Shown here one piece after another: positions 11,295-23,630 of a stretch of 64,000 nucleotides of DNA. Positions within the stretch are counted from its first letter, which is position 1. Each line of letters starts with the position of its first letter. A program made the translations under genes and the position numbers. Below the pieces are notes generated by a model. It worked only from the letters and a program-made list of their open reading frames with translations, was not told the origin of the DNA and did no database searches. The stretch spans positions 434,001 through 498,000 of the forward strand of contig OZ361257.1 in NCBI GenBank assembly GCA_977018835.1, read 5' to 3'. The stretch comes from Minutocellus sp. GHC0000111. Lineage: Eukaryota.

Positions 11295-12248
11295 GATTAG
11301 GTGTTAGGCTGGTTTTCGTTTGCGCTGTGGTTTCGTTTCGAGGTTCGTCGTGATGGTTGTGCCGGTTTTTCGTTCGTGCTCTTTGTGCTAATTTTTGCGG
11401 GTTATGAAGATGTGACAAAATAGATACAGTAATGACGAGCGTCTTCCTGTCTCTCAATATCGCAGTTATTCGTGATGGCAGTGTTTTTAAAGCGGGTATT
11501 TGTGAATTATGAATCAATCGAACCGAATCAGCTGCTTTGGTGCATCAGCAACTCGTAACTGCCAGCGTCGCACGTCGATCGTTCAGATGCCATCTTGGCT
11601 CGGCTTCGATGACTCAGAAGAAAAGATTGAGGACTCCTTTCTCAATCAATCATCTTCGGTGTTTTGGTTTTCTATTACCACTTCTTCTTTTCAGTTCTTC
11701 TCTCTTCCATCGGGACCAGAATCTGCCTCCAAAGCAAAGAGCAAAGAACGGGAGTGCAGAAACAGAAAGAGCCACATCCCAGCCTTCTTTCTGTGCACGA
11801 ATAGGCCACGTTGAAAATTCACTTCGTTGTGACGCCACTAAACGGCAATACAAGCTGACGTGGCCTCTCAAAACACTTTAAAGCCTGGTTCGCAGTTGAA
11901 ATTTCGCCGAGCGACGGCAACTGCCCCGCGTTGCTTGTGCGCGCTTTTGGCTTTTGGCGCCGAGCGGTAATTCGGCGGCCGTGCTTTACCACTTGGCCTA
12001 TTCACGCGGTAATATCACATCATCACACTTCGTCCCAACGCATTGGCAAGTGGTCACTTCTCGAACATTCCAAAACTTGTCAAAGCTCCCAACGCATAGC
12101 TAGGCATATCATTTCCAACGCATACATCTCCAAGCATACATCTTCGTCTCTACTTTGCATTCACAAACCTGACTTCACCGATCATATCCAAGATATCAAG
12201 CTACTTCGCCTCCTACACAATCAATCATCCCAAGCAATTCTACCAATC

Positions 12249-13148
12249 ATGTGCGTCTCTGGCATTCTAACCCGTACTCGTTCCGATTCTGACGTGTCAA
12301 CCCTTACCGTCGATGATTCCATCGCCGATCCCATGGCCGCCTTTGCCGCTACAATTGCCGACAACTCGAGCGAATCGTCCAACTCCTGCACATCGACCAA
12401 CTTCGATTCGTCCATGTCGTCGCTCGATTCTCAGAATTCCGATGTCAAATTTAGCGCACAACAACTCCAACGTGAGTCAGAAGAATTTCACCCCGGCAAG
12501 AAGAAGCGCGTCGTCATCCTCAACGCCAACCACACCGGCCTCCTCGCGGCCATCTACCTGCTGCGCCTTCCGGGCCATTCCGTCACCATCCTCTCCCCCA
12601 CCGTCGACATTGGTCTGCTCTCCCTCGCCGAACTGTCGCGCAACCGCGGCACGCAGATCGGTCTGAGCGATTCCGGCCTCGCCGCCATCCAGGCCATACC
12701 CGAGCTGTGGGAACGGTACATCCGCCCCTTCGAGATGGAGGCCATGGACTTTGTCCCCGACGATGCCGCCGCCAACGGGGCCAGAATGACCATCGACGAG
12801 AACTATCTGTGCTGGGCACTGTCTAAGTATCTCGCCGACAACTTCACCAACAAGGCTGGCGTCAATTATTTCTTGTCGCACATGGACAAGGACCCCAACG
12901 CTCATGAGGACGAGACGACCAACGACTTTACCGCCTACTACAGCGTCGTTACCAAGCAGGTGGAAGGACCCAACAACGGCAACAAGAATAACAAGTCCGC
13001 CACCACCCGACGTGGTCGCAGCTCCGGAAGGAAGTCGTCCAGCGATGCCACCGGCAAGGATTCCATGAAGGCCTTCCTCTTCCGCCACTGGTACGAGGAC
13101 GAGGACGACGCCGTCAAGACCGTCGAGTACGACCTGCTGATGCAATGA
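12249..13148 (+). CDS. Degenerate, truncated FAD-monooxygenase-like protein (N-terminal part only)
   Basis: VVILNANHTGLLAAIYLLR, IGLSDSGLAAIQAIPELWERYI, TIDENYLCWALSKYL and terminal YDLL align by eye with the neighbouring monooxygenase; GxGxxG is lost. Confidence 0.7.
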   Translation: MCVSGILTRTRSDSDVSTLTVDDSIADPMAAFAATIADNSSESSNSCTSTNFDSSMSSLDSQNSDVKFSAQQLQRESEEFHPGKKKRVVILNANHTGLLAAIYLLRLPGHSVTILSPTVDIGLLSLAELSRNRGTQIGLSDSGLAAIQAIPELWERYIRPFEMEAMDFVPDDAAANGARMTIDENYLCWALSKYLADNFTNKAGVNYFLSHMDKDPNAHEDETTNDFTAYYSVVTKQVEGPNNGNKNNKSATTRRGRSSGRKSSSDATGKDSMKAFLFRHWYEDEDDAVKTVEYDLLMQ

Positions 13149-13741
13149 TTGGTGTGCGTCATCATGCTGCTCTGTTCAGCGAGTACATTTGCACATAGAG
13201 AAAAGAGAAAAACACATCACCTCATTTGTTTGCTTGTTTGTTTGTAGATATATCGATCCGTGGGCACATACATGCTCATGTACACAACTTACAAAGGCAT
13301 TACATGTATAAATTAGATAAAGCGTAGGAGATACCGAGACACCCTAAGCCACGCGTAATGAATTAGAATTGAGAATAACGGTTCGGCGTGGGATATTGCA
13401 GTGCCAGCAACTGTCTAATCCAAGGAATGTGGTGATCTACACATCGTTGGCAGTGAGATCGGATTGTGTGAACGATCACCTAACCTAGCTCTAGAGCGAG
13501 ATCTACTGGCGGCATTCTTTGCTGATTTGTACATGTAACACACAGGACGGCATCGCTAAGAATGTTTCGTATCAACAGATCAACTATACAAAAAGCAACA
13601 CAACATGTTATTATGTAGTGTGTTCTATTGAAAGAGCTCAGACCAGGTAAGAAATACGTGGTGTCCGCTTCCCTTTAGAACAAGCACAAAGAAACATGCG
13701 TGTAATGTAGAGTCCAACAAATAAATCATGCACAGTCCTCA

Positions 13742-15690
13742 TCACTTCTTGTTTTTCATCATTGACTTCTTTTCCGCTTTCTTCTCCGCCATGCCCTTCA
13801 TCGCCACGCCCAACTTCTCTTTCATTGCCCCCATCTTCTCTCCCATCGACTTCATCTTGTCTTCAAGCATCGCATGAACATCGTCCATGTCCATTTTCTC
13901 AAATGACTCGCTTCCTGTCCTGGTCATAAGATCTGCCCTCGAGGTCGATGAACAAGTCGACGAAGAGGCTGGGAGGCAGCCAGAGCAAAATCCAACGTCT
14001 GAACCGGAGCACGTTGAGGGAAGATCGTTCGTAGTGATGTTAGGAGCAACGAGAGGGCTAGCATCAGCATCACAGAAACAATTCTCAAATCCTCCTCCAC
14101 ATTGGATGTCTTGCTGGCTAGAAATGTCGTCCGAAGCCGAAAACAATGCTGTGTTGTTTTGGAAGACGGTTTCGCTGATGGCGTTGTTGCCAAAGGCATC
14201 AAAATAAATAACAGCACCGCCTCCAAAAAGGGCTACGTTTTGATCAAAAAGAGAATTGTCGATGCTTGAATCCGTGCTGTCAACCAGTAGAGCCCCGCCA
14301 ATAAAGGCGTCATTGTTTGTAAACCCAGCACCAGCAATGTCAATGCTGCCAAAAAAATCAACATTGCACCGCCAGCAAGGGCACCGTTACATTCAAACTT
14401 TGCACCTCCCACAATCTCAGTTGTTGCGTTGATTGTCATGATCGCCCCACCATAAAAACCAGAGTTGCCATCAAAATTGCAGCCATCGATGATTGTCGAT
14501 GTGTCTTTGTGAAACATCGCCCCGCCCTCCTCAAATCCATCATTTCCACTAAAATGGCAATTCTTGAAGGTGCTAGCAGTCCTCGATCCACCTTCCAAGT
14601 AAACGCCTCCGCCAACAAGGGCATTGTTCTTGTCGAACTCGCACACCAGGAAGTCAACTGATGCATCGACGGCTGTGACAGCACCTCCCCAATCGTTGGC
14701 AGAATTTTCGACGAAGTGGCTGTTTTCAAAAGTAGCAGTTTGTCCGCGGTGTTGTCCATCTACAAAAATGGCCCCTCCTTCGTCGGCGGAATTCTCACTG
14801 AAGTTGCAGTTGTCAATGCTGGAAGACGAGCATTCTGAGAAAATTGCTCCACCAAAGTCGGCAGCGTCATTGTCAAAGTCGCAACCTTGAAAGTGCACCG
14901 TTGCGTCAACTGCAAAGACAGCGCCTCCACTCTCGCCGGAATTTCCCGCAAATGAGGCACCAACAATGTTGGCCACTCCAGCAGAACAAAAGTGGTTAAA
15001 ATGTAGAGCCCCTCCCAAAAAGGCCTTGTTGTCTTCGAAGTTGCAAATGTTGATTTCAGTTTTCGCACATGAAACAAGAGCGCCACCCCAGTCGCCAGCG
15101 GAATTGGCTGTGAATCTGCAGCCTTCTAGATGCACCTCATCTCCTTCGAAGCAAATGGCTCCTCCGTCGTCTGTGTTGGCAGCATTGTCATCAAACTCGC
15201 AATCGGTGATTGTGGCTGTGGAATCATCGGTGACACAGAGCGCTCCGCCAAACACCTCTGCGTAGTTGCCGCCCTCGAAGTGGCAGCGCTCAAAACGGGA
15301 TTCACTGATCGTCCAAATCACACCACCCTCGTTTTCAGACTTGTTGTTCTTAAATTGACAGTTCTCGTGTGACATGACACCAAACGAATTGAAGGCACCA
15401 CCATCATTCTCGGCGTGGTTTTGCTCAAATTTGCTGTTGACAAATCGAGAGAAATTCCGTCAACACAACCGACACCGCCATCTCTTCCAGACCTGTTGTC
15501 TGTGAAGACGGAGTCATCAATGGCAATGACACTGGCTTCGATGCTGTCAATGACACCCGAGTCGGAAAGAGCAACATTGTTGCGAAGGGTGCAGTCGTTC
15601 AGAGTGAGCGTGGACTCGGCGGGCGCAGTGCCGCGAACAAAGAAGGCACCGCCCCACTCATCGCTGTGTTGGTTGGGGTCTCTTCCCTTG
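13742..15690 (-). pseudogene. Decayed polymorphic-membrane-protein-like beta-helix gene (FxxN/GGA repeats)
   Basis: Repeated FxxN..GGA[I/L/V] motifs spread over several frames (15318-15746, 14233-15375, 13742-14146) with frame breaks; Lys/Met-rich tail; strongly TpA-depleted. Confidence 0.75.
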
Positions 15691-15813
15691 TTCTGCATTA
15701 GCAAAAATATGAAATGTGTGAAAGGGAGGTTGAGTGTGCATTGCAAATTAGCTCACATGAATTGGCACACACATGTCAAGAATGACACATGTGTTAGTCC
15801 CAAAATGCGCACT

Positions 15814-15923
15814 GTCCCAGTTCGCGAACTGGGATTTGTTTATCCCAGTTTGGAAACTGGGATTTATTCATCCCAGTTTGGAAACTGGGATCACAGGCAC
15901 AATCTCAGTTTGCAAACTGGGAT
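15814..15923. repeat. Array of four 20-22 bp palindromes (tcccagtt.g.[ga]aactggga), period 28-32 bp
   Basis: tcccagttcgcgaactggga (perfect palindrome, 15815-15834), two atcccagtttggaaactgggat, one atctcagtttgcaaactgggat. Confidence 0.9.
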
Positions 15924-16062
15924 CGATCGAGAAATGATGAACATTTAGCAAGGATGATGTCGCCTTTGCTTCTCCTCGCTTCATTTTTTAATTTGCAAAT
16001 TCAAGATGTGATGCACAGTGCAACTTGTGTTGTAGATGGATCTGCCAGTGCATGCACAAAAT

Positions 16063-16121
16063 AGTGGTTACTTTCTACGGGAGTGGTTACTTTTCTACGG
16101 GAGTGGTTGCTACTTTTCCAC
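16063..16121. repeat. About 20-bp tandem repeat, 3 imperfect copies (agtggttactttctacggg)
   Basis: Directly visible. Confidence 0.8.
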
Positions 16122-17088
16122 GCGCGAAAGCTAGCGAGACATAGAGTTAGGGCTGAAGGAGATGTAGACATGCAAGCAGGAGCATGACATTGTCGGACAT
16201 GGACGTAATGAAGAGCACCGGGTGCTTTGGATGGGTTTTGGGCGTCATTTAGGTGTAGATCTACTACGTGCAGTTTGCAGTGGTGCACAGGAAACGTGTA
16301 GGTGGATGATTTGAGATGAAAAATGGGTTCTAGATGTAGAGTTAGGGTTGAAGGAGGTGTGTGATGGTAAGTGGATTGTAACGGATGTCTGATGCGGATC
16401 GCATCTGCATCGTTTCAATTCGATCCTAAACAAGAAGAGTGATAGACCCAAGGATTTTTTTGTTGAGGTCGAGGAGTGGCTCCTCCCCTGCGAAGTTGAG
16501 CGTGTTCTTCACTCTCCTCTTCAGGACTGTGGCATTGGAGAAAATGACATCTACGCCATTGATGAGAACACGAACGAAGGGTGTTTCCTTGTCACCATGG
16601 TTGTTGATCGCGGAACATTTCATGAAATGGAAACAAGGAAGAAGAAAACTTTTGGCAGGCGCTGGCGTGATGACAACAGCAGCTGTTGTGGTGGTAGCGA
16701 CGGCGGCAACAATGGCAACAATTGCAATGGAAACGGGGCTGCCTTTGTCCACCCTCAAAATTCAACAGCCTCTATGTCGGATGCTTGATTTGAGAAAAGA
16801 TTGATTGATTGAACAGAGGACATGCTGTGTTATTTGGATTCATGATTGATTGAGAACTGGAGACAGGAACATGGTAGGTGTGCTGGCACTAGTGTCAGAA
16901 TTTGTGCACGTAAATTAAATTGCTGTTTGATCGTGTCTCGCACATGTCGTCTTGTAACAAATGTTTGTGCAGATGCAGGCATGATGTCGGTGATTTTTAC
17001 GTGTATTTTTCGCATCAATTTACACATCAATTTTGGGAAAAAATTTCCGTCGACTCGCCGTCAAATTGATGTTTCCTTGACGTGTGCT

Positions 17089-17112
17089 TTAGGGTTAGGG
17101 TTAGGGTTAGGG
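17089..17112 (+). repeat. Interstitial telomeric repeat (TTAGGG)4
   Basis: ttagggttagggttagggttaggg, followed by hairpin gcgtaaattttacgc. Confidence 0.95.
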
Positions 17113-19256
17113 CGTAAATTTTACGCAAAATTGGCGTCTTTTTTACGTCAAGGCGAAACATGTCTGCGAGGTCGAAAATCACAAAATGTTTCGTGGGACT
17201 CCCAAAACACACCTTTTCGCCAAATTCCCGCAAGCTCCTGCAGTTAGCATGCCTCTGTTGCGCTCTTTCAGATGCGCGCTTTGTGTCGAGTGCTTCTGTC
17301 TGCTCGCAGGGCGCTGCTGCTGCGTGTGTTGCCACGCCGCGCGCTCGCTGTGTGCGGATTTTTCCTCGTTGGGTGCTAAATTTGAGATGTGCTCTCAAAC
17401 CCGCCCCCCACATGTAAGCAAAGGACCTGCCGCTCGGTGCGCAGTAAAGCAGAGCGCAGCGCAACCTGTCAAATTCTGATAGCGCATGTAACCAATCGCC
17501 AAGCGTGAAGCTGCGCGCGTGATCGATCGCGCAGAAAGGCGTGGCCGGCTCGTCTCGGAGGGAGCTTCCGCAGCGCGCTCCCGCAAACCGCCAAGAGAAA
17601 AAATTGCAACACAACACAGAGAAAACGAGCATTCGTCCGCCCTGTTGAGGGCCTCCGATGGCGGTATTCCGCTACCTCGCCGCATTATATACCGATATCA
17701 ATCGCTCAATGGTATATATTTTGGATACTCTGGCAAGTGTGGGACCGATCGGCGCAGTATCTGGCACATGACGTGACTTCGAGATCGGTACAGGTTCGCA
17801 TCCCGGCCTCGGAGGCGTCGGAAGGCCGTCGAGAGCCGGACCATGCCCGGCAATCGGCGTATGGGCCGTGGAATAGTGGCCCAGACCGATAGCTGCCGCC
17901 GGTTTGGATATATGGAGGAGAAGGGAGGTTTGGCTGGGCATATCTTGGCTGTTATGACGACACTGGTGGTCCGGCCAGGTCCGCCGATTGAGATGGAAGG
18001 AACAACACATCCACTGGCGTTCTCTTGGCCTTGGTCGATGAGGGTAAATGCGCTCCAACCGGCGCAAATGACCAGTGGAGGTATCCTTGGTTTATTTCGA
18101 GTGATATGGGCGGTGGGTGGGTGCATTGTGGTCATTTTTGGCATATCGGTAATAGTGCCGTTTGCCAAGCGTCAGTCGACGGTGGTGAGAACATATCCCA
18201 CCATATACAAGATCGACAGGACCGATGAAGTTGGACTCTCTCATCCAACAAAGCAGTACCGATGTTTTATTACCGATAGTGGTGCTTGTTCTATCTTGGA
18301 TCTGCTTCAATGGTGGGTTTATTGACTGCAATTGGTATTCGAGGCAGGCCAGTCCATGTTGGAGTCGAATTGCAGCGGTGGCTCTTGTGCAGCGGCATTT
18401 GCAGTAGAAACAGAAGTAGGTGCCAGGGCGGACGCTCGGCCGCCGTCGCCATGGTTGGGCTGCGGTTGCTCTTGTTGGTGCCGCTTCATTGGCATTTATT
18501 TATTTGCTCGTTCAAATTGCATGCCTGTATGTGCTCGTTTCTTGGCATTTATTCAGCTGCAGGCTGGCTGTCAGTTTGTGCTCCAAAAAGATACGCAGGG
18601 CCCAAACAAGAGACGAGGCAGCGCCACAGAAAGATGCACCAATTGTCAACTGGAAATGAGGTGGCGTATCTCAGCAACGCCGATGGCAGCGAGGCACTCG
18701 TATCTTGCGCCTTTACAATGTTCGTTCGCCTTCATCGTCTGCCTCGTGCTGCTGCGCTGGCTCATTCTTCGCCGGCCAGCCAGACCGAAAATTGCTGACG
18801 GGGGCATGACGTGGATAACTAAAATTTCAAATCAACCGACCGGTCGCGAGAGCGGAAAACAAGAGCAGAAGACGAAAGTTTACCAGCAGATCTAAAGTAG
18901 ACTACTGCCGGTACTGCCGGTGCTCCGTACGCTAATGAACTAAACTATCGTTACTTCTATATTTCGTTTCTTGCTCCCCTAAAGCAAGGAACGAGATCTG
19001 CAGCACGAAAGATCTGGAGTGCGGCGAGCAGCGAGGCGGCTCCTTTTTCTCTTCGACGACCAGCACCAACAACAACCAACCACAATTATTACAATTGTGC
19101 ATGCTGACACCCAAACCGATTGGATCGAATCACCTGTTCTTCATTTTCTAATTCTTCTTTACCTTCACTTTTCTTGGTTGTTCCATCCTCGGCACTGCAC
19201 CTTTGATGCTGTTGCTGTTGCATCAGCAACATCAATGCTGCTGCTGCTGCTGCTCG

Positions 19257-20038
19257 TCATGTTCTTCCTCGTCGACGACGTCGCATGTTGCTGCCCTTTC
19301 TGGTTCCATCGGAGCGCTTGGTACCGGGAGCAAATCGAAGCGTCTTCTCACCCGCGATCCCAGGTGGACTCTCATCGATTTCATCCTCGTCGTTGATGTC
19401 ATCTTCCCTGTTACTTTCATTCGCATCGATTGCCTCCAATGCATTGTTCTCCTCATTTACAACAATCGCACCTGACCGATGACAGCAGCATTGAGCGACC
19501 AGGACAATCGGCCCAGCGCAAATGATTCCAACGATCAATCCCAAAAGCATGCCAACGAATGCCATCCTCGTCACAATGAATGATGCACACAACATAATTG
19601 CCAAGGTAACCACCAACGGGAGCTCGTCCAAATGATTGTCAATGGATGCTGCAGCGGTCGGCATGTGATGTTCCAGTGGTGAAAGGATGTAGTTGGTGGC
19701 CTGAACATTTAGTTCTTCGGTTGATGCACTTTGCAGAAAAAGATCGGCACGGGTGCGCCTTCTCTGCTACTTATTGATTGGTTGTCGTCGGAAGAAGCGG
19801 TGTTGCTAGTAGCTGAGCACGTCCCTTCGTCCCCGGCGCAGATGTCCGCATCTGATTTGTGAGACTGCTGCTGCATGCTGACCCCGGCATCAAATGCCAA
19901 CCCATGGCATTCAATGACGACGTGCAATCCCAGCAAGACAAATGTGATAAATAATGCAACTGCGACTCGTATCCACCCCCGACGTCCTGCCCGCATCGTT
20001 GGTCGACGTCGGCCAGTTCTCATTTGTGCTGGTTTCAT
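19257..20038 (-). CDS. Possible membrane-protein gene or fragments; structure unresolved
   Basis: ORFs 19709-20038 and 19257-19664 have hydrophobic stretches; no recognised domain. Confidence 0.25.
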
Positions 20039-20478
20039 GGCACAAGATCATCGTCGCATCTCGAGTCTTCTTCGTGCTGCTGCTTTTGTGAAATCTCTCC
20101 GGCGGAGTGAACTCTGCTAGCTACCGCCTACCCCCTCCTCATTCCATAGTGCTGGTACCGGTGTCTTCTATTCTTATTACTGTGTACGGCCCCTCAACGT
20201 TGTTCTCACACCTCGGCTGCCTCGCGGCCGGGCTCATTCTCGAAGATGGACGGGACCAACGCGAGGCGCGGAGAAATTTTCAAGAACGCCCCGGCGTGTC
20301 AATGTTTTGCTCGCATACCTGCAGATAGTTCGTCGTATCTCATTTGTTTTTTGTGTTGACTTATCGCTTTACTTCTCACTACCAACGGATTTCAATTGGT
20401 TATTTTTCAGCAAAAAACACACCCACCACCCCAACCTCCTCCATATTTCGACCCAGCCAGACGGAACTATCAATCAAG

Positions 20479-21221
20479 ATGCCTGAGACTATCGTTATCG
20501 ACGGCCGCGACCACCTTCTTGGTCGCCTTGCCTCTGTCGTTGCCAAGGAGCTCCTTGCCGGCAAGAAGATCGTCATCGTCCGTTGCGATGAGGTCTGCGT
20601 TTCGGGCTCCCTTGTCCGCAACAAGGTCAAGTACGCCTATTTCCGCAAGCTCCGCCACAACACCAATCCCTCCAGAGGGCCATTTCATTTCAAAAGCCCA
20701 GCCCGCATGGTCTGGCGCACCATCCGTGGCATGTGTGTAAGTTTTGACAGCTGGGCACGTGTTTTTGTCAAAATATCTACGAAAATCCGGAAAACTTTTC
20801 GTTTTCTGAACCCCCCAAAGCATACAATATCTCACCCCTCCCTCCCTCTCTCCTATACCCTCCACGCATCCAATAACAGCATCAGAAGACCGCCCGTGGC
20901 CAGGACGCTCTCTCCCGCCTTTCCACTTTCGAGGGAATTCCCCACCCATATGATCGTGTCAAGCGCCAGGTAGTCCCCGCCGCCCTCCGCGTCGTCCGCC
21001 TCAACCCCATCCGCGACTACACCGTCCTCGGTGATCTCGCCAACGAGGTCGGATGGAAGCACCAGGACCTCGTCAAGAAGCTCGAGGACAAGCGCAGGAC
21101 CAAGGCCGATGCCTACTACCAGAAGAAGAAGGCCCGCGATGCCCTCAAGGCCAAGGCTACCGCCGCTGCCGAGTCCGAGCTCGCCGAGGTCAACAAGGTC
21201 CTTGCCGCCAGTGGATATTAA
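20479..21221 (+). CDS. RPL13A: 60S ribosomal protein L13a/uL13 (exons 20479-20736, 20880-21221)
   Basis: [72 protein letters not shown] intron 20737-20879; 199 aa. Confidence 0.97.
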
Positions 21222-22049
21222 ATTTCTCTTCACTCGCTGCAGGAACTCTTGGTCCTTCTTGCGTTGGTCTTCGAGCCCTTGTCGTCAAGCCATACAGCGC
21301 GACAACAACAAATCCCCCAATCAATATTTTGGTGGCTGGGTAACAACTCCCCAAAGCTACTTCTGTACAGTTACATTACATAAATTGTTCCAAATACCGT
21401 TATCAAACACCAAAACACAAAACAATACGCCCAAGTGCGTCTAAAAGCTACTCCTTCTTTTAGTATAAACTTCTTGTAGTAACAATTCGTCCTTTCTCTC
21501 GATTATCCCCCTTTGCAGAGAAAGAATGGTAGCGTGTGACGATGGTATACCCTCCATGTCGATTCCTTTGCATATAGCCGTAAGAATATCCCCAACCCCG
21601 GACCTACGACAGTACTACGGCGGTTTCGGATCTGCTTTTAATCTGCACCTGATCCCTCCCATGTCCTCTCCTCCGGCTAGCCTTGATTATTTACAAACAA
21701 CAATCAACCATATAGAATCGTTTTGCAAACCATCTGATGGCATACCTTGTCACTACTACTGCACATGACCATGTAAAAAGTCAGTCAACATGATTTGATC
21801 TAGACTATATATGACATACCCACACAATTCTTAGCGTGACGGCACCACCACCCCCAACAGCCAACGCATACCATATAATAATGAGTTCAGCAAATTTCGT
21901 AACTCATTTTTATTTCTAGAGTAAAGGAATACCTGCAGAGTCACATGAGACACCTTATCGATACATTTGTGTATCGAAACTATCGAAACTTGCCGTCATT
22001 TCTAGCTCAAGAACTCAAGGAAGCAAACCTCATTAACATGCTCGCTCAC

Positions 22050-22727
22050 TCAGGCCATTTGCTTCTTCATCCTGCGTTGCTGCATCCGCTCGAATCTCGC
22101 GCGCGTGCGTGCCTCCTTGGCCTTGTGCTTCTTCTTCTGCTGGGCGGTCTCAAAGTAGCGCCGATGGCGGAGCTCCATGAGGTGGCCAGACTTGTTGACC
22201 TCGCGGGTGAAGCGGCGGAGGGCCTGCTCGATGGACTCGCCCTCACCGACCTCCACCTTGATGGCGGCCAGGGAGGTAGCGGTAGTAGATGAGGCGGCGG
22301 GTGCTACGCCGTACCGGTACAAGGACAGGGCGAAAAGTAGCGAAGCGATCGAAAATTGAAACGGCAAGTGATAACCGACACGAATTTTTGGTTAGTTGGT
22401 TAGCAGTGAATTCGGTGAAATCATGAATTAGTTCGCTGCTGTTCCGGCCAATGCATTTCCTTCCGGCACGGCAACGCTATCTCCAGACATGTATTGGACA
22501 GGCCATGATGCCAAGCCGGCCCATCTCACGGCTGGTTTGCCTTCGAGCCTCGACACAAACATGATACACATCGAGCCAGACAGCGACGGACGGACTGATC
22601 GCCGAACCGATTACGAGAATGAAAAGGAAAAAGCAGCACCGGTAAGCAACTCACCTGCGCTATTCGCGACGAAGCCGCTGGCAACGCCAAGGACGACCAG
22701 AAGGGTCGCGAGGAGCAGGCGGGACAT
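22050..22727 (-). CDS. rpsU: Plastid-targeted ribosomal protein bS21, copy 1 (exons 22727-22655, 22303-22050)
   Basis: IKVEVGEGESIEQALRRFTREVNKSGHLMELRHRRYFE; signal peptide ending ASG-FVAN; phase-1 GT-AG intron. Confidence 0.88.
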
Positions 22728-23630
22728 GGTCTTCGTGTAGTGCCTGCCGGCGACACGAGGGAGCAGTCTCTTCAATATTAGCAATTGCGCAGGGCTGAAA
22801 ATCGGTGGCCGGGTCCTGCTGGGTCTGCATGTGACGCACGACGGAGCAAGGGAGGGGCCGCAGGTTCAGGGCCGCATATCAAGGTGCATTGTGGCGTGAA
22901 GAAGCGAGCGGTGCGTGTGGTGAGTGAGTCACATGCACCATCCATCTAGCAACCACACAATATGGAGGTCGGGCTGCTCGTCATGACTTGACTTGGCCTT
23001 GCTTCCCCCGGCCGGAGAGGAAGAGCTTGTATTTTGCCGAATCGAACCAAAAGGATCGAAGGCACATGCTCATCTCGTGCCGTGCGTACCCCTGTCATCC
23101 GGGGGATGAATAATCGAACAGGTCCGAGTATCCGCGCAGGTAGGTTGCCGAAGAACAGGCAGGATGAAAATACCGGCGCGTCCTTTTGGGGAATAAGAGC
23201 ATGCGCAAAGTAAGCATGATTGATTCGATGAGCATAACGATGCATGCCCGATGCCGAATAATTAATACACGAAAATTTTTTCTTTACTGTATACATACTA
23301 TATAACCGGTAAGCAAAGAAGAAGGGGGTTCTCTGCACGGCACTTCTCGCATTGTGATAGCAACAGCTTCGACATTCCCCAACTTCGCCCTCGCTCTGTC
23401 TACATCTCCCTTCCGGGATCTGATGAGATGTCTTGTCTTCCCACTACTACTGGTTGCTGCGATGTGGACGATGTGAAGAATCGAACCATGTCATCTACAC
23501 CAATAAAGAATCGTATGGTACAAGTAGTTTTCCTAACTTTTTATATATCTCTTTTTTTCTAGAAACAACAAGTCCCACAAGAACGGACAAGAAAACGGCA
23601 CATAATACATCGCATCATGAGCTTTTCAGC

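Noticed and set aside
15814..15923. CRISPR array
   Set aside because: Spacers are only 6-10 nt, there are four units, no cas genes, and the context is eukaryotic
17089..17112. True chromosome end
   Set aside because: Only four units, with genes on both sides
17672..18895. Protein-coding genes in overlapping ORFs
   Set aside because: No domain, splice model or consistent coding signal could be established
20737..20879. Intronic snoRNA in RPL13A
   Set aside because: Two short hairpins are visible but there are no convincing C/D or H/ACA boxes
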